In this document: in pieces, positions 24,635 through 38,323 of the stretch | Layout: each line of letters begins with the position of its first letter | Numbering within the stretch: the stretch's first letter is position 1 | Assembly: GCF_001194135.2 (NCBI RefSeq) | Contig: NC_068981.1 | Location: 67,462,445 to 67,508,164, forward strand | Length of the DNA: 45,720 nucleotides | Source: Octopus bimaculoides | Taxonomy: Eukaryota | Direction: 5' to 3' | Made by a program: the position numbers and the translations under genes | Notes under the pieces: generated by a model | What the model saw: only the letters and a program-made list of their open reading frames with translations | What the model was told of the DNA's origin: nothing | Database searches by the model: none

Positions 24635-24685
24635 TGCCATCGGAACCACGTTGAGCAATGTAGTCAAATTCTGAATACTGGAAGG
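24635..24685 (+). other. Candidate coding exon (51 nt, CHRNHVEQCSQILNTGR)
   Basis: gatttgttttcag| acceptor and agg|gtaata donor; only one frame open. No recognised homolog. Confidence 0.3.
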
Positions 24686-24799
24686 GTAATATACATAAAA
24701 TATATTTGCGTGCTACGTTATTTTATTTTTGGAGTTGCGAATCAGCATATGAACATCATATGATAATCATTTCTTTGATGAGAACTAAATGCCGAGTGG

Positions 24800-24853
24800 G
24801 TATTGATTCGGTTGTAGACGGAGATTGAAAGAAGCCTGTCGTACATGCACACA

Positions 24854-24886
<33 letters not shown>

Positions 24887-25085
24887 CCACACACACACAC
24901 GTATACATTCGTGTGTGTGCCTTTGTATTTGTGTTTGTCCCCCACCACCGCTTGGCAACCGGTGTTAGTGTTTACCTTCCTGTAGCATAGCGGCTCGGCA
25001 AAAGTCACCAATAGAATAAGTGCCAGCCATTAAAAATGTCATACGGTCGGTTTTTTCGACTACAAACCGTCGAGGCGGTGGTAGT
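24800..25085 (+). mobile_element. SINE family A, 5'-truncated diverged copy
   Basis: gtagacggagattgaaagaagcctgtcgt, internal microsatellite, cggctcggcaaaag...aatagaataagtgcc...ttcgact. Confidence 0.75.
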
Positions 25086-25639
25086 GATGTCGATCAAATT
25101 GACTCCAAATACAAAATCCTACCAAAACGCCTTCGTGCCGATGTTTGACACTTTATACATACATACATACACACGCGCGTATACAAACACACACTTACAA
25201 ACACACACGCACACACACACGCACACACATATATCATATACTACATAAGCACGAATCTCATTTAAGACTTACTATTGCTAATTTGGTAGAATTTTGATAA
25301 TTCATTAACAGAAGATTACATCAAGATGTAATTGTTGGAAATTTCAACCGCCGTTTGGTGTTTATTTCTTATACCTACGCCACACGAAGGACCAACCCCA
25401 GAATCGGATGGAAGGTTTAAAATGGATTTGGTACTTGCTCTCTGTGGTATCCTCCTGTATGTTTTCAGTGTTATTTGCCTCATTGTGACCTCAATATTAT
25501 CGTATCTAGTCATTCCTGTCGTTCTAGGTACTGTTGTGCACAAATTCTAAAGGATACTCATCACTAAATCATATTTATACATGTATGTATGTATGTATGT
25601 TTGTATGTGTGTGTGTATGTATATGTGTGTGTACGTGTG

Positions 25640-25832
25640 TGTACCTTTGTGTCTGTGTTAGTCACGTACCAGTGCTTGACAACCGGTGTTAGTATGTTTA
25701 CGTACCCGTAACTTAGCGGCTCCGCCTAAGATCTCGATAGAATAAGTACCAGGCTTTAAAAATGTAAGTTCTGGGGTCGATTTGTTCGACTAAAAGCCCT
25801 TCAAGTCGGTGTCCCGGCATGGCCGCAGTTAC
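25640..25832 (+). mobile_element. SINE family A 3' half running into a gap
   Basis: ttgacaaccggtgttag...gatagaataagtaccaggc...ggggtcgatttgttcgactaaa...ggcatggccgcagtt. Confidence 0.85.
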
Positions 25833-26425
25833 NNNNNNNNNNNNNNNNNNNNNNNNNNNNNNNNNNNNNNNNNNNNNNNNNNNNNNNNNNNNNNNNNNNN
25901 NNNNNNNNNNNNNNNNNNNNNNNNNNNNNNNNNNNNNNNNNNNNNNNNNNNNNNNNNNNNNNNNNNNNNNNNNNNNNNNNNNNNNNNNNNNNNNNNNNNN
26001 NNNNNNNNNNNNNNNNNNNNNNNNNNNNNNNNNNNNNNNNNNNNNNNNNNNNNNNNNNNNNNNNNNNNNNNNNNNNNNNNNNNNNNNNNNNNNNNNNNNN
26101 NNNNNNNNNNNNNNNNNNNNNNNNNNNNNNNNNNNNNNNNNNNNNNNNNNNNNNNNNNNNNNNNNNNNNNNNNNNNNNNNNNNNNNNNNNNNNNNNNNNN
26201 NNNNNNNNNNNNNNNNNNNNNNNNNNNNNNNNNNNNNNNNNNNNNNNNNNNNNNNNNNNNNNNNNNNNNNNNNNNNNNNNNNNNNNNNNNNNNNNNNNNN
26301 NNNNNNNNNNNNNNNNNNNNNNNNNNNNNNNNNNNNNNNNNNNNNNNNNNNNNNNNNNNNNNNNNNNNNNNNNNNNNNNNNNNNNNNNNNNNNNNNNNNN
26401 NNNNNNNNNNNNNNNNNNNNNNNNN

Positions 26426-26473
<48 letters not shown>

Positions 26474-28941
26474 GCACATAATATGCACATATACATATAC
26501 ATATATACGTTTGCATGTATTATATGCTCATATTATTTGTATTGTATTTGAAATATTTCTATTTTCCTGAAGCATATGTTGTTGAATGCTCATATCGCAA
26601 ATAATGTATGTTGTACCTATTTCTCTCTTCATCTCTCTCCCCCTTTCTGTTATATATGTGTGTGTTCGTGCGAGTGTGTGTGCGTGCATATATGTATGTA
26701 TGCATGGAAGTATTGCATATAAGTGTGACTTTGTATGGGTGTATGTGTGAGTGTGGAAGAGAGAGAGAGAGAGAGTGTGTGTTTATAATATCAATATTTG
26801 TATTTATAAGACATAAAAATATATTTTTTTCGCAGATAATGTAAATGTTATTCTTCTCTGTTTTATTAGACAAATATTTCCATTATAGTTGCCCATATTC
26901 CGCTCACATAAATTTCCAGAGCGGCAATACACAGGTGCACATATATCCAACCGCACCATAAATGTATATATATNNNNNNNNNNNNNNNNNNNNNNNNNNN
27001 NNNNNNNNNNNNNNNNNNNNNNNNNNNNNNNNNNNNNNNNNNNNNNNNNNNNNNNNNNNNNNNNNNNNNNNNNNNNNNNNNNNNNNNNNNNNNNNNNNNN
27101 NNNNNNNNNNNNNNNNNNNNNNNNNNNNNNNNNNNNNNNNNNNNNNNNNNNNNNNNNNNNNNNNNNNNNNNNNNNNNNNNNNNNNNNNNNNNNNNNNNNN
27201 NNNNNNNNNNNNNNNNNNNNNNNNNNNNNNNNNNNNNNNNNNNNNNNNNNNNNNNNNNNNNNNNNNNNNNNNNNNNNNNNNNNNNNNNNNNNNNNNNNNN
27301 NNNNNNNNNNNNNNNNNNNNNNNNNNNNNNNNNNNNNNNNNNNNNNNNNNNNNNNNNNNNNNNNNNNNNNNNNNNNNNNNNNNNNNNNNNNNNNNNNNNN
27401 NNNNNNNNNNNNNNNNNNNNNNNNNNNNNNNNNNNNNNNNNNNNNNNNNNNNNNNNNNNNNNNNNNNNNNNNNNNNNNNNNNNNNNNNNNNNNNNNNNNN
27501 NNNNNNNNNNNNNNNNNNNNNNNNNNNNNNNNNNNNNNNNNNNNNNNNNNNNNNNNNNNNNNNNNNNNNNNNNNNNNNNNNNNNNNNNNNNNNNNNNNNN
27601 NNNNNNNNNNNNNNNNNNNNNNNNNNNNNNNNNNNNNNNNNNNNNNNNNNNNNNNNNNNNNNNNNNNNNNNNNNNNNNNNNNNNNNNNNNNNNNNNNNNN
27701 NNNNNNNNNNNNNNNNNNNNNNNNNNNNNCTAGATCGATATATTTTTACTGATAACTTGGTTTATGACATTAATATTTTTCATTTATTTGTTTATTTATT
27801 AATTCACACTTTAACTTTGATGGCTTCTTAATGCAATCAGTTATCAATAATAGAATACTGGGTGCGGATAAAAATGTATAGAAACACAAAACATGAGATT
27901 CTACACTTTCACGTTCATAGTTTGGCTCACTTTAAACATGAATTCTATTCTAGAGTTTTATTTAAGCTCTATCTTTGGCAAATTCCAAAGAGATACTAAA
28001 ACCTAACTACAAATATCTTTAACAACAACGCCAAATGCCCAAATCTTCATCACTAGAGTATCCACCAGTTCAATCAACGTAACAATGAAGATATGTTGGG
28101 CATATTTCAAGTAAGCAGAAGCAGATAGCATTTCATCTTGGGAATCATATTTGTTTTGAAACCGGTTATTTAATTGCTTTTTTTTGTTTAGCTTAATTCG
28201 ATCTTTTCTTTAATTTTATCTATTCAAACGATAATATTGTAGGTTCACTGCCTTATAATAGAACTATTAATGTTGTTATTTAATATCGTTACTAACATCC
28301 GCATGACATTGAGATAGTAGAAACATAGTTGAGATGACAATAAAATAAACTCGCCAATCTAATATGTCGAAAATATCTTACTTCGGAAATTGATTGTTGC
28401 TGTTATAAAGAAACTCTCTGATGTCATTAATTTGAATCCAAATTTATATGACAAAGAAATACGCTGACATCTCGTGGAGCAAATTTACTTCAGATCTCTA
28501 CTACAATCGTCTAAAGTTCAAAGCAAAGATTGACTATTGATGCACCTGGAAATCAGGATTTTCTTTAATAAGGACCTTAACGTAGGTATAAAACGAGAAG
28601 AAGGTCTGACTAACACAGCAGATATCAATCACAATTTTGTTGAAAGAGATATAATGAATAGAGATTACAACGTTCCAACAATGTAAGCTTTCACCACAGC
28701 CTTTGAGGTTTGCGGAAACATCAATGCCAAAGAAAAAATAAATAAAAGATAAATATTTTTGAGCATTTCGAGAACTTGATTCAATTAATATTACGTGAAT
28801 CATTGCTTGAAATGCCAACCAGAACGAAACTCAGTTCTATATTTTTCATTTGAACCTAATCTAATTTTATTAAGAATTTTTTAATGATATACAAATTAGC
28901 ACTTCAGATTTTGGCGCGCGTTGGCTTACTTTACATATGTT

Positions 28942-29153
28942 AATTTCAAATTTAGGCACAAGGCCAGCAGTTGTGGGTGAGTGGTTAAGTCGATTTAACC
29001 GACTCAAGTGCTCAACTGGTACTGACTTTATTGACCTTTTAAGGATGAAAGGCAAAGTCGACCACAGCCGAATTTGAACTCGGAAAGAAAAGTCGGACGA
29101 AATACCGTTTCGCATGTTACCCTGTATGCTAACGATTCTGCAAGCTCGCCGCC
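28942..29153 (-). mobile_element. tRNA-derived SINE family B
   Basis: Reverse complement begins ggcggcgagcttgcagaatcgttagc and matches the copy at 38105 through to ggccttgtgcc. Confidence 0.85.
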
Positions 29154-29214
29154 TCTCTACTTAATATATATTGAAAAGAAATCTATCTATATAGATATTT
29201 TTCCTTGTTTGATT

Positions 29215-29650
29215 TGGTGAAAGGGGTAGTGCTGATGGTCTTTGCAGGTCATCGGCGTAGCTCCTTCCAGCCGGGTGAGATTGATACCATAAAATTCTTT
29301 AAACTATGTAAATCACAAGTTGCACAAAAGATGTTAACAAGGGAATCTCAGACGGCCAACACTATATGAATGGAGCTGAGGTGTAATGATTAGTACGATC
29401 TGAAGCGCTTAATAATAATTAGGTTGGTGGGAGAAGAAACGATAGAGATGTGAGTGCCTGAGTTCAGGTAGTATGAGCTCAGACTTCTTCAAAGAGCAGA
29501 TATTATTATAAGTATAGAGAACGTAGAGAGAGAGAGGAGGCAGTGTAACAGTGAATATGAAGCAAAGCATAGAGGTGAGTGACATTATGCCAACCAGTCT
29601 AGTGGTTTCTTTTGGTGATATGGTGTATGATGGCTGTCGGTGTAGCAACT
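29215..29650 (-). mobile_element. CR1/Jockey-like LINE 3' fragment
   Basis: Minus strand HNVTHLYALLHIHCY...INLTRLEGATPMTCKDHQHYP; appears related to the 34545 fragment. Confidence 0.55.
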
Positions 29651-29808
29651 ATTTCCCGTTGTATTAATTTAGTCTCTCAGCAAATAACTATATTTTTAAA
29701 CATCGCACGTCCCAATTTTTATCTACTCGGTAGGAACCATTCACAATTGTATTGTGTGTGTGCTCCAGCGTGGCCACAGTCAAATGAATAAAAGAACACA
29801 GACACACA

Positions 29809-29856
<48 letters not shown>

Positions 29857-29965
29857 NNNNNNNNNNNNNNNNNNNNNNNNNNNNNNNNNNNNNNNNNNNN
29901 NNNNNNNNNNNNNNNNNNNNNNNNNNNNNNNNNNNNNNNNNNNNNNNNNNNNNNNNNNNNNNTAT

Positions 29966-30010
<45 letters not shown>

Positions 30011-30096
30011 GATAGATATATATATATATGTAAGCACACACATACACACACAAGATGGACTCTAGTTGGTTTGAGATTTTTCAGGACAGGCTTATA

Positions 30097-31408
30097 TCAA
30101 GCCACTCCTTTAATTGATTAATGAAAATATTATAACTTTGCAAAGAAACACAAAGGTCCAACCAACTGCCTTGACATATTCATATCACCAACTGAAACTC
30201 AAATATTTACATTGATTCCTCTGCTATTTCTTTGGCCGAATGAATTTAGAAAATAGGCTATGAAGTGTCGAACCTACAAGAATTCAGACGCTAGTTATAG
30301 TGAATAATTGAGTGTAGTGACGTAGTCCCTTACACCTCGAAGACAATAGGGGGAATGTAGTCTTCAATCATCCACGATTAAATCTTTTGGGTGTCGTAGC
30401 TATATTCTAGACAAATGTGATAAATTAATACTATGACAACGTACTAGACTGTCTAAGTACTGGAATCTTATATCCGACTGTATCTACACGAAAGTGTAAG
30501 GCTTGGAGTAGCAAAACAAAAAAGAATACTTGATGGGAAACGAGTCACAATTGGAAGGATATGAAGAGCTAACAATACTTATTTTGATTGTCACATTAAA
30601 GGTAAAGGTAATGAAAACTAAAGTAATAGGTGCTAGAAATTAGGAGTGGAAGATAAATTCACAGAATAAGGGAGGAAGCACGTTGTAACTTAGCATATTT
30701 AAGTTAAAGCAAAATATAATTAAATATATGTGAAGACTAGAAGTTACACTTAAAATGTTAATAAGGGGATACGTTAAGATATAAGAGAAATAGTAAGACT
30801 TTTCATAAATGTAGTGTATACAATATCCTGGTAAAATATTATATGATCCATGTATAATGGAATTATTTATAATTAAAATAGACACATATAGTGTACATTA
30901 AATTGATATTAAAACTATTCTCGTCAAATATGGGTGGGTAAAGGTGGTATATAGTAAAAAATGAGTAAGCCGGATATGAGGTTCCAGTACTTAGATATTC
31001 TAGTAGGCCGTTATGATATTAATTTATTTATCACCTCTGTCTACAATATTGCTACAATTCCCAAAAGATCTAATTTTGGATGATTGAAGACAGCATTCAC
31101 CCTATTGTCTTCGAAGTGCAGGGAACTACGTCACTACTCTCAATTATTCCTTCCCCCACCCGCTATAACGTCTAGTAACCTCTAAGTTCTTGACAGTTCG
31201 ACACTACATAGACTATTTCCTAAATTCATTCTGCCAAAGAAATAGTAGCGGAATCAATTTCAATATTTGAACGCCAGTTGGTGATACGAATATGTTAAGG
31301 CAGTTGGTTGGACGTTTGTGTTGTTTGAAATCTATGGAGTCACCTGACGAAAATGGTTTCTTTGCAATGATGTAATATTTTCATTAATACGTTTAAGGAG
31401 TGACTTGA
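30097..31408. repeat. Fold-back element: inverted arms ~30097-30476 and ~30971-31408, ~494 bp spacer
   Basis: For example gtagtgacgtagtcccttacacctcgaagacaatagggggaatgtagtcttcaatcatcc versus reverse complement gtagtgacgtagttccctgcacttcgaagacaatagggtgaatgctgtcttcaatcatcc; also gtccaaccaactgccttgacatatt versus gtccaaccaactgccttaacatatt. The right arm carries extra indel segments. Confidence 0.9.
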
Positions 31409-31687
31409 AACGGCCGAAATGAATTGATACCCGTCAGCTGCGCTTCGGAAATCAAAGAAAGTATTTTTATATAAAGTACATGTCCAAGCAACCAAGAGCA
31501 GATCTCATCACTAAGTTGGCCCGTGTTATCTCCATATACTGCAATAAGATCTAGTGCAAACACTTCTGCACAGAGTTTGATATTCACCTGATATTGTTTG
31601 AGTGTGCAAATTAGATCGAGCGAAGAAGGTGCCTCATTTTAAGTACCTAATTCAACTGAAACTTAATTGTATTTTAATCTGTCAACA

Positions 31688-31728
<41 letters not shown>

Positions 31729-32067
31729 NNNNNNNNNNNNNNNNNNNNNNNNNNNNNNNNNNNNNNNNNNNNNNNNNNNNNNNNNNNNNNNNNNNNNNNN
31801 NNNNNNNNNNNNNNNNNNNNNNNNNNNNNNNNNNNNNNNNNNNNNNNNNNNNNNNNNNNNNNNNNNNNNNNNNNNNNNNNNNNNNNNNNNNNNNNNNNNN
31901 NNNNNNNNNNNNNNNNNNNNNNNNNNNNNNNNNNNNNNNNNNNNNNNNNNNNNNNNNNNNNNNNNNNNNNNNNNNNNNNNNNNNNNNNNNNNNNNNNNNN
32001 NNNNNNNNNNNNNNNNNNNNNNNNNNNNNNNNNNNNNNNNNNNNNNNNNATATATATATATATATAT

Positions 32068-32390
32068 TGCTTGTTTTACTCATTGGTGTGCGGCCATGCC
32101 AGAGCATAGCCTTGAACAAATCAACCTCGTTGTTTATTTTTTAAGCACTTATTCTATCAGTTCTCTTTTCGCCAAAACCGTTAACACTCCTACTTAAAGA
32201 AACCACCCCCAGTTGTCAAATTCACATGCACACACATACATGCAACAAGCGTCTTGCAGTTTCCCTCTACAAAATCCATTGAGAAGGCTTTAGTCGGCAC
32301 GGAGTCATAGTAGAGAATACCCGGCCAGAGCACCATGCATCCGGAACTCTGTGTGTGAGAATCAAACTTCTTGACACATAGCCACTTATC
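32068..32390 (-). mobile_element. SINE family A, diverged copy
   Basis: gcggccatgccagagca, cacttattctatcagttctcttttcgcc and ttccctctacaaaatcc are reverse complements of family A motifs. Confidence 0.8.
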
Positions 32391-34544
32391 GAAAGTGAAA
32401 TTAACAAAGAAGAGATTCTGTTGATTTTTAAGTCTGTTATAATGTTAAAAACTAATGCATCAAAATGCAAGCTTCAAAAAGATTAATTAATTACACACAA
32501 AGATGTTTCTTCGTCTGTATGTCTGAAGTGTTAAGAGTTTTTTCTCATTTGTAGAGGGTAACATGAGCGAATGATTTTGCACGGACAACATCGTAAATCT
32601 ATCTCTACATCGTAATTATATACCAAGAAGCTAGTAACTGACTTGTAACTCGATGTGCTAGGAACAGTATTCAATTTCGCTAGAAATCACGCATTACAGA
32701 CTTTAAAAGGTATTGACACATTCGATAATATAGCCTGACAGTTACAGGCAAATATTGTAGATAGAACACAGATCACAGATCTGATTCACCAGAGGAGAAC
32801 TGGAGCTAAACAGCCACGGCAACAGTATTATATATGGCTATGTATATTAGACGCAGGATTTCTGTATTTCTGATTAGTTCCATGATATCCCCTTTTTCAG
32901 GAGGCAATGATCACAAATGTTCAAGGCATAATCCTCTCGTCTTTTTCAGATTGTATATTTAGAACATATTACTAAATACACACCTCAATTGTTAAGTCGC
33001 TTGAGCATAATCTTTGAAAGATGTAGCTACTCTTAGGATATCTATCATTCACAAAGAGTGCGATCGGCATTCTAGTGAAGTCATTATATACATAAATATA
33101 TACATCCACAGTTTTAAATATTTCCAGGATAAATAGTCATAAAAGACAAAAATTTTCAACATGAACAATAAAGTGAAATAAATTTTAGTTCTATACAAAA
33201 CTGTCTCAATTATCATTAAAGGAACCCAGATAGCGGTTTTTGATTTAACTCCAAATAAAACAGAAAACGTTGTTCTCTCATTGGGACAAGAGAAGTAAGT
33301 GGTAGCTACTTGCTTGTCTAAAATAACTAATTGTCTATAATGTAGGTAGTTTCACTAATATATACAGTATATACCATCGACACAACTATACTTTACATAA
33401 CTTTATTCCAACAATAGTTCATAGGATGATTCTTTTAATGATAAAGCCATTATTTTTATGAATAATTATTTTCAAAAACACAATGACTTATTTGATTATA
33501 TTTTGGACGAAAGAGTCTTCTGTATTTATTGTGTACTTTATATTTGATTAATAAATAAGAAGAATGTTGTTGTTGTTTTTTTTTCGTAAGTTTTATGGTT
33601 CCGTGTCTGTGCTTTTACTGTTTCAAAATAATTTGATATATTCACAAAAATGTTTCCGAGTGGCTGTGGTAGACAATTGTAGTAATGTTTATTGTATTGA
33701 TTTTTTTCTTTCTGGGTTTCATGTTAGAAAGAAATGTCTGTGCGTCCAACTCAATAGAAGAGGAGACGATCATTAATATATTCCAAGGAAATATAATTTT
33801 TATTGCTTCATATAAAGGCGACAGAAATATTATTTTTTGATTTGATATATGAAAAAGCTGTGTAACTAATACCTCCTTCATAAATAAATTTGAGCAACTG
33901 AGAGGGAACATGACAGCAAAAGCAAAATAAAGTTAATTGATGGGAAACTATTCAACTAAAAATATTTAAAAAAAGGTTATGGAAATACTTTAATAGAATT
34001 CAACATAAAACTTGATACATTTAATATATAAGCTGATGGATCTAAATGATAGTCTCGTGACTGAATTTCAATGCTAATATCTGCAAAATGGCTTATCAAT
34101 ATTATGCGATAGTTTAAAAAGTTATTTATCAGCTTCTTTTAATTAATACGACGCAATTCCTATTGATGTAAACCATTTCCAGTTATAATTATTGTGATGA
34201 AGGTACACTCCTGGCAAATAATGCACGGGATAGGTAAATTAGAAGAGGTTGGTGATTTATTTTCTGTAAAATTTGGTATTTATTCCAGGGTGTTGAGTCT
34301 CAGTTAAAATCGACATTATTCAGGTTGCGCATCGTCGAAACAAAATAGTTTTAATCTACGAAAGAAATCGTAAGAATCTATATAGCACACAGGCATGTAC
34401 ATACTCAAGTACATACATACACAAACATATGCTTATTACCCGCAGGCATAAACAAACGAACATATGTATATACGTATATAAATGTGTACCCTGTAATAAT
34501 ATAAAATAAACATATTTTATTACTTGAGTAGTGTGAAAGAATTA

Positions 34545-34945
34545 TCAGTGACGCCCAAGATATCCGACGACCTCCGATACAGGTGAGAGTGTAGCCATCA
34601 GAATACATTTGAAGCTGTATGGAAAATATGAGCAGGGAAGAGATTACAGAAGTCCAATGTTCTGGGGAGGAAATAATTGGCATAACTGTTTGTATAGATC
34701 CAACGGAGTTGGACGTAAAAAAGGCATTAAGAAGCATGGGTCATTAGGGCATGAACGAAGAGGCGCAAGACCAGACTACTCTTAGGAACAGAGGCCGTTA
34801 TAGCTGCAGCTAACTGACAGAATAAATTTATCCCTGTGGTTCAGATGTGGGAGCGTATCTGTTAGTGATTTTATGCCAGTCACTCGAATGGCCTTTCTCT
34901 GGATGCAGTCTAGGATATCTGTGCGTGCAACAGCAATGTAACCTT
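34545..34945 (-). mobile_element. CR1/Jockey-like LINE 3' fragment (RT C-terminus)
   Basis: Minus strand DILDCIQRKAIRVTGIKSLTDTLPHLNHR...YNGLCS and NYFLPRTLDFCNLFPAHIF. Confidence 0.75.
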
Positions 34946-35505
34946 GACGATGAGTCAATCATACTGTAAAATTATAATTGTGGATAATTTATTGAACATT
35001 CACCTTATTGAAAATATATTTATATATGTACGTCGAAAATCAATCTGTATTGGTGCTTTTGCTATTAAATCTCTGCTATGGAGTCTGCATCATTATGTAA
35101 ACTTCTTTGTATTAGAGATATTTTGTTTACGTGTTGCATGACAAAATATATCCATCTTCGATTTGATAATTCAAATCTCCTACAAAGGTAGAAAGAAATT
35201 TTGTAGTTGACATTTCGCTATCTAAAATCTTAATATTGGTTTTATTGAAGAATAGATATGCATTACTGTATATGGCTCTTCTTCATTTATGTTAAACTTA
35301 TTTCAGTCCAAGAGAATTCTATATGTTAACTTCAAGATATTGTTTGATCAGGCATGCATGTATAAGACCAATGAATTGCATTAAAACAAAATATTTATAA
35401 CGTTTTGAAATCAAAAGATTCGTACTAATATGTATGCAGATAATTATAATTCAAAATTGTAAGGTAGAAATATTGTCTCTAAATTCTCGGTTGTTTGGAT
35501 GGGGA

Positions 35506-35538
<33 letters not shown>

Positions 35539-36333
35539 CATAGGCATACACACATACATGCAACACGCACGTGCTACTAATACCTTCATAGTGTGGAAAC
35601 ACAATAGTTCGACAGATTTATATATCACGTTTTGTGTCTGCAAGCAATCCTTCAGACTGGAATACTTATGCATAATGCATTTATGGGAAAAACCGAGAAC
35701 TGAGAGAGCTTGTTGCAAAAGGCAGAGTGAGAAAAGCTGGAACGAGAAAGCTGAATGGAAATGGAAAAAATTATAATTAATTTAGTATAATTCAACGACG
35801 ACATAGTCTCCAACAAATAGACACAAAATATTCGAACACATCTTAAATTGCAGACATGTTCTAGTATTTCTGCTAACTTCCGGTACGTGATAAAAAATAC
35901 AGACAGATAAGGGGCCATGTTTAGCCACCAGTGTGCACTCGGCCAACGATACGATTAATTTAGTACTTGTCAGTAAAAAATTAACCAAGTTTAGACTAAT
36001 AATATCAGTCAAAACATGAAGATGCCATCGTAACACTAATAACGGGAATAATTCTGAAGCATGACAATTTTCTGTCTTTGATAAATATCCATCTCTACGA
36101 TAACACTATTTGCCGCGTGGAAAAAACAAAAATAAGGCAAAAACATTTAAATAATCCTACTACCGTTCCCTTCCAGTATTTATTCCTAGAACTCTGGTTA
36201 AGCAACAGAACATTTTGCATGTGCGTATGTATATATGCATATACATATGTTGTGTGTGTGTATATATATGTATATTCCTGTATTTCGGGATAGACATTTT
36301 TTGCCAAATAAACACACGCACTAATAGTGCACG

Positions 36334-36376
<43 letters not shown>

Positions 36377-37961
36377 GTGTATGTATGTATGTGTGGGGAT
36401 TTATGTGAGCATTGGTATGCACACATAGATGGAAAGATATGGAGATAGAGAAATATATATTCACAGAAATGTATGTTAACACACACTCATTTATGTATTT
36501 GTGTGTACTGACACATATACATATAAAATAGAAATATCCTTACCCTGTCTAAATGTTTGGGATATATAAACTTGTTTAGAAATAAAAATATATATTGTAA
36601 CGAAAAATATGAATGTTGACGTATAGAGAAAGTAGTACAAATTCTTCTGAATTAATAACCAACAAACTTATTTATCAGTGTGTAAGATTTAAGTTATTTT
36701 TGCATCGCAACCAAATAATGTAATTCACAACATATAATTTATATGTTTACGATAGTATTATATCCTCCGGTTCCAAATTCTGAAAGATTATTGCAACAAA
36801 ATGATATTATTTGAAAAAATATTATGTCATAGGGATAATTTCAGGAGTAAAATATATACTTCACATACGAATAATATAGTCTAGAATGTACAAGATTTAC
36901 ATAAACTTATTTGGAGACATGGCATAGACGAGAGAGGGAAGAGGAAGAAAAAGAGAGAGAAGGGTGAAAGAAGAGCGAAAAAGAAGCAGAATATTAAATT
37001 TTAGATTTCACAATTCTGGTCACATTTTTGTTTTTGGCTTTCAGAACGAACAAAAACAAAACAAAACAAAAATAGAGAAACGAAATCGAAAATGGATACG
37101 TATTTACACGGCGAAGTTAAATTGTTATTCGGCAAAAAAATAAAGAAAGGAAGATAAAAAGAAGAAGAGAAGAAAGTGTTTTGAAAATTTAAGGCAAAAA
37201 ATATTACACGGTGTGAAAATATTTTACAAATTGAGAAAATGTTATTGTAAAAATGTTTTGAAAATGTTACAAAACAATACTTAAAATGTCTTCCAGCGTT
37301 TTAGAGCGGCCAGAACATAAAATGAAAGAAACGCAAAAATAACTTCACAAGCAGCAAAAGTAAAAATAATCTAATAAAACCTCGATAAAACTGCTAAAAT
37401 ATATAATGAAAGTTGACGAAACGTAGACACCAATTCTTCATATTTGCGTATATATNNNNNNNNNNNNNNNNNNNNNNNNNNNNNNNNNNNNNNNNNNNNN
37501 NNNNTATATATATATATATATATGTGTGTATATTCATGTATAACTGATTATATAAAACATCAGTAATTGACAGATTATTCATTGAATCTAAGAGATTGTA
37601 TGGCAAAGAAATTAAGTCCTCATTTGAAATCAAAATATAATGTTAGGCAACATGTCAACGCCAAGTATTTGGACGGTTATGTAGTGATAACGGTATGTTT
37701 ATTATAAATACCTTATTGTTTGTTCATGGAATTAAATTCAAGCCAGACTTATGTGCAATCTTGTAGTCTGTTTTCTAAAGTATTTTACAGTATCATTTTA
37801 TAGCAGAAAAAGAGGGGCCTTATTGAAATTCACAAAATTTATGAAATTCACTCACCATTTACGAAATTCGCTTAGGAGGCGAGTTTTGAAATGTATTGTA
37901 GGTGTTGCTGAATTTTCTATCAAAATATCAAATGCTAGTGTTCTTGTACCACTAATGTTGC

Positions 37962-38089
37962 TCTTCTTCTTCTTCTTCTTCTTCTTCTTCTTCTTCTTCT
38001 TCTTCTTCTTCTTCTTCTTCTTCTTCTTCTTCTTCTTCTTCTTCTTCTTCTTCTTCTTCTTCTTCTTCTTCTTCTTCTTCTTCTTCTTC
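37962..38089. repeat. Pure (CTT)n/(AAG)n tract, ~42 units
   Basis: Direct inspection; source of the poly-F and poly-K ORFs. Confidence 0.97.
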
Positions 38090-38104
38090 AAATTATTATT
38101 TGAA

Positions 38105-38308
38105 GGCGGTGAGTTGGTAGAATCGATAGCACGCCGGATGAAATGCTTAGCGGCATTTTGTCCGTCTTCACATTTAGAGTTCAAATGCCGCCGAGATCGA
38201 GTTTGCCTTTCATCCTTTCGGGGTCGATGAAATAAGCTCCAGTTGAACACCAGGGTCGATGTAATCGACTTATTCCCTTTTCCAGAATTGCAGGCCTTGT
38301 GCCAAAAC
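38105..38308 (+). mobile_element. SINE family B
   Basis: ggcggtgagttggtagaatcgatagc head, gagttcaaatgcc B-box-like, cctttcggggtcgat core, ggccttgtgcc tail. Confidence 0.9.
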
Positions 38309-38323
38309 TATTATTGTTAGTGA

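Noticed and set aside
28037-28101. Imperfect ~14-bp inverted repeat gcccaaatcttcat / atgaagatatgttgggc
   Set aside because: Short and gapped with no TSD; plausible by chance.
31338-31415. AGTCAC-CTGACGA...GTGACT with nearby GAAA
   Set aside because: Elements are in the wrong order, with no stem II and no UH site.
37751-38250. Poly-F and poly-K ORFs
   Set aside because: Translation of the (CTT)n tract plus SINE sequence.
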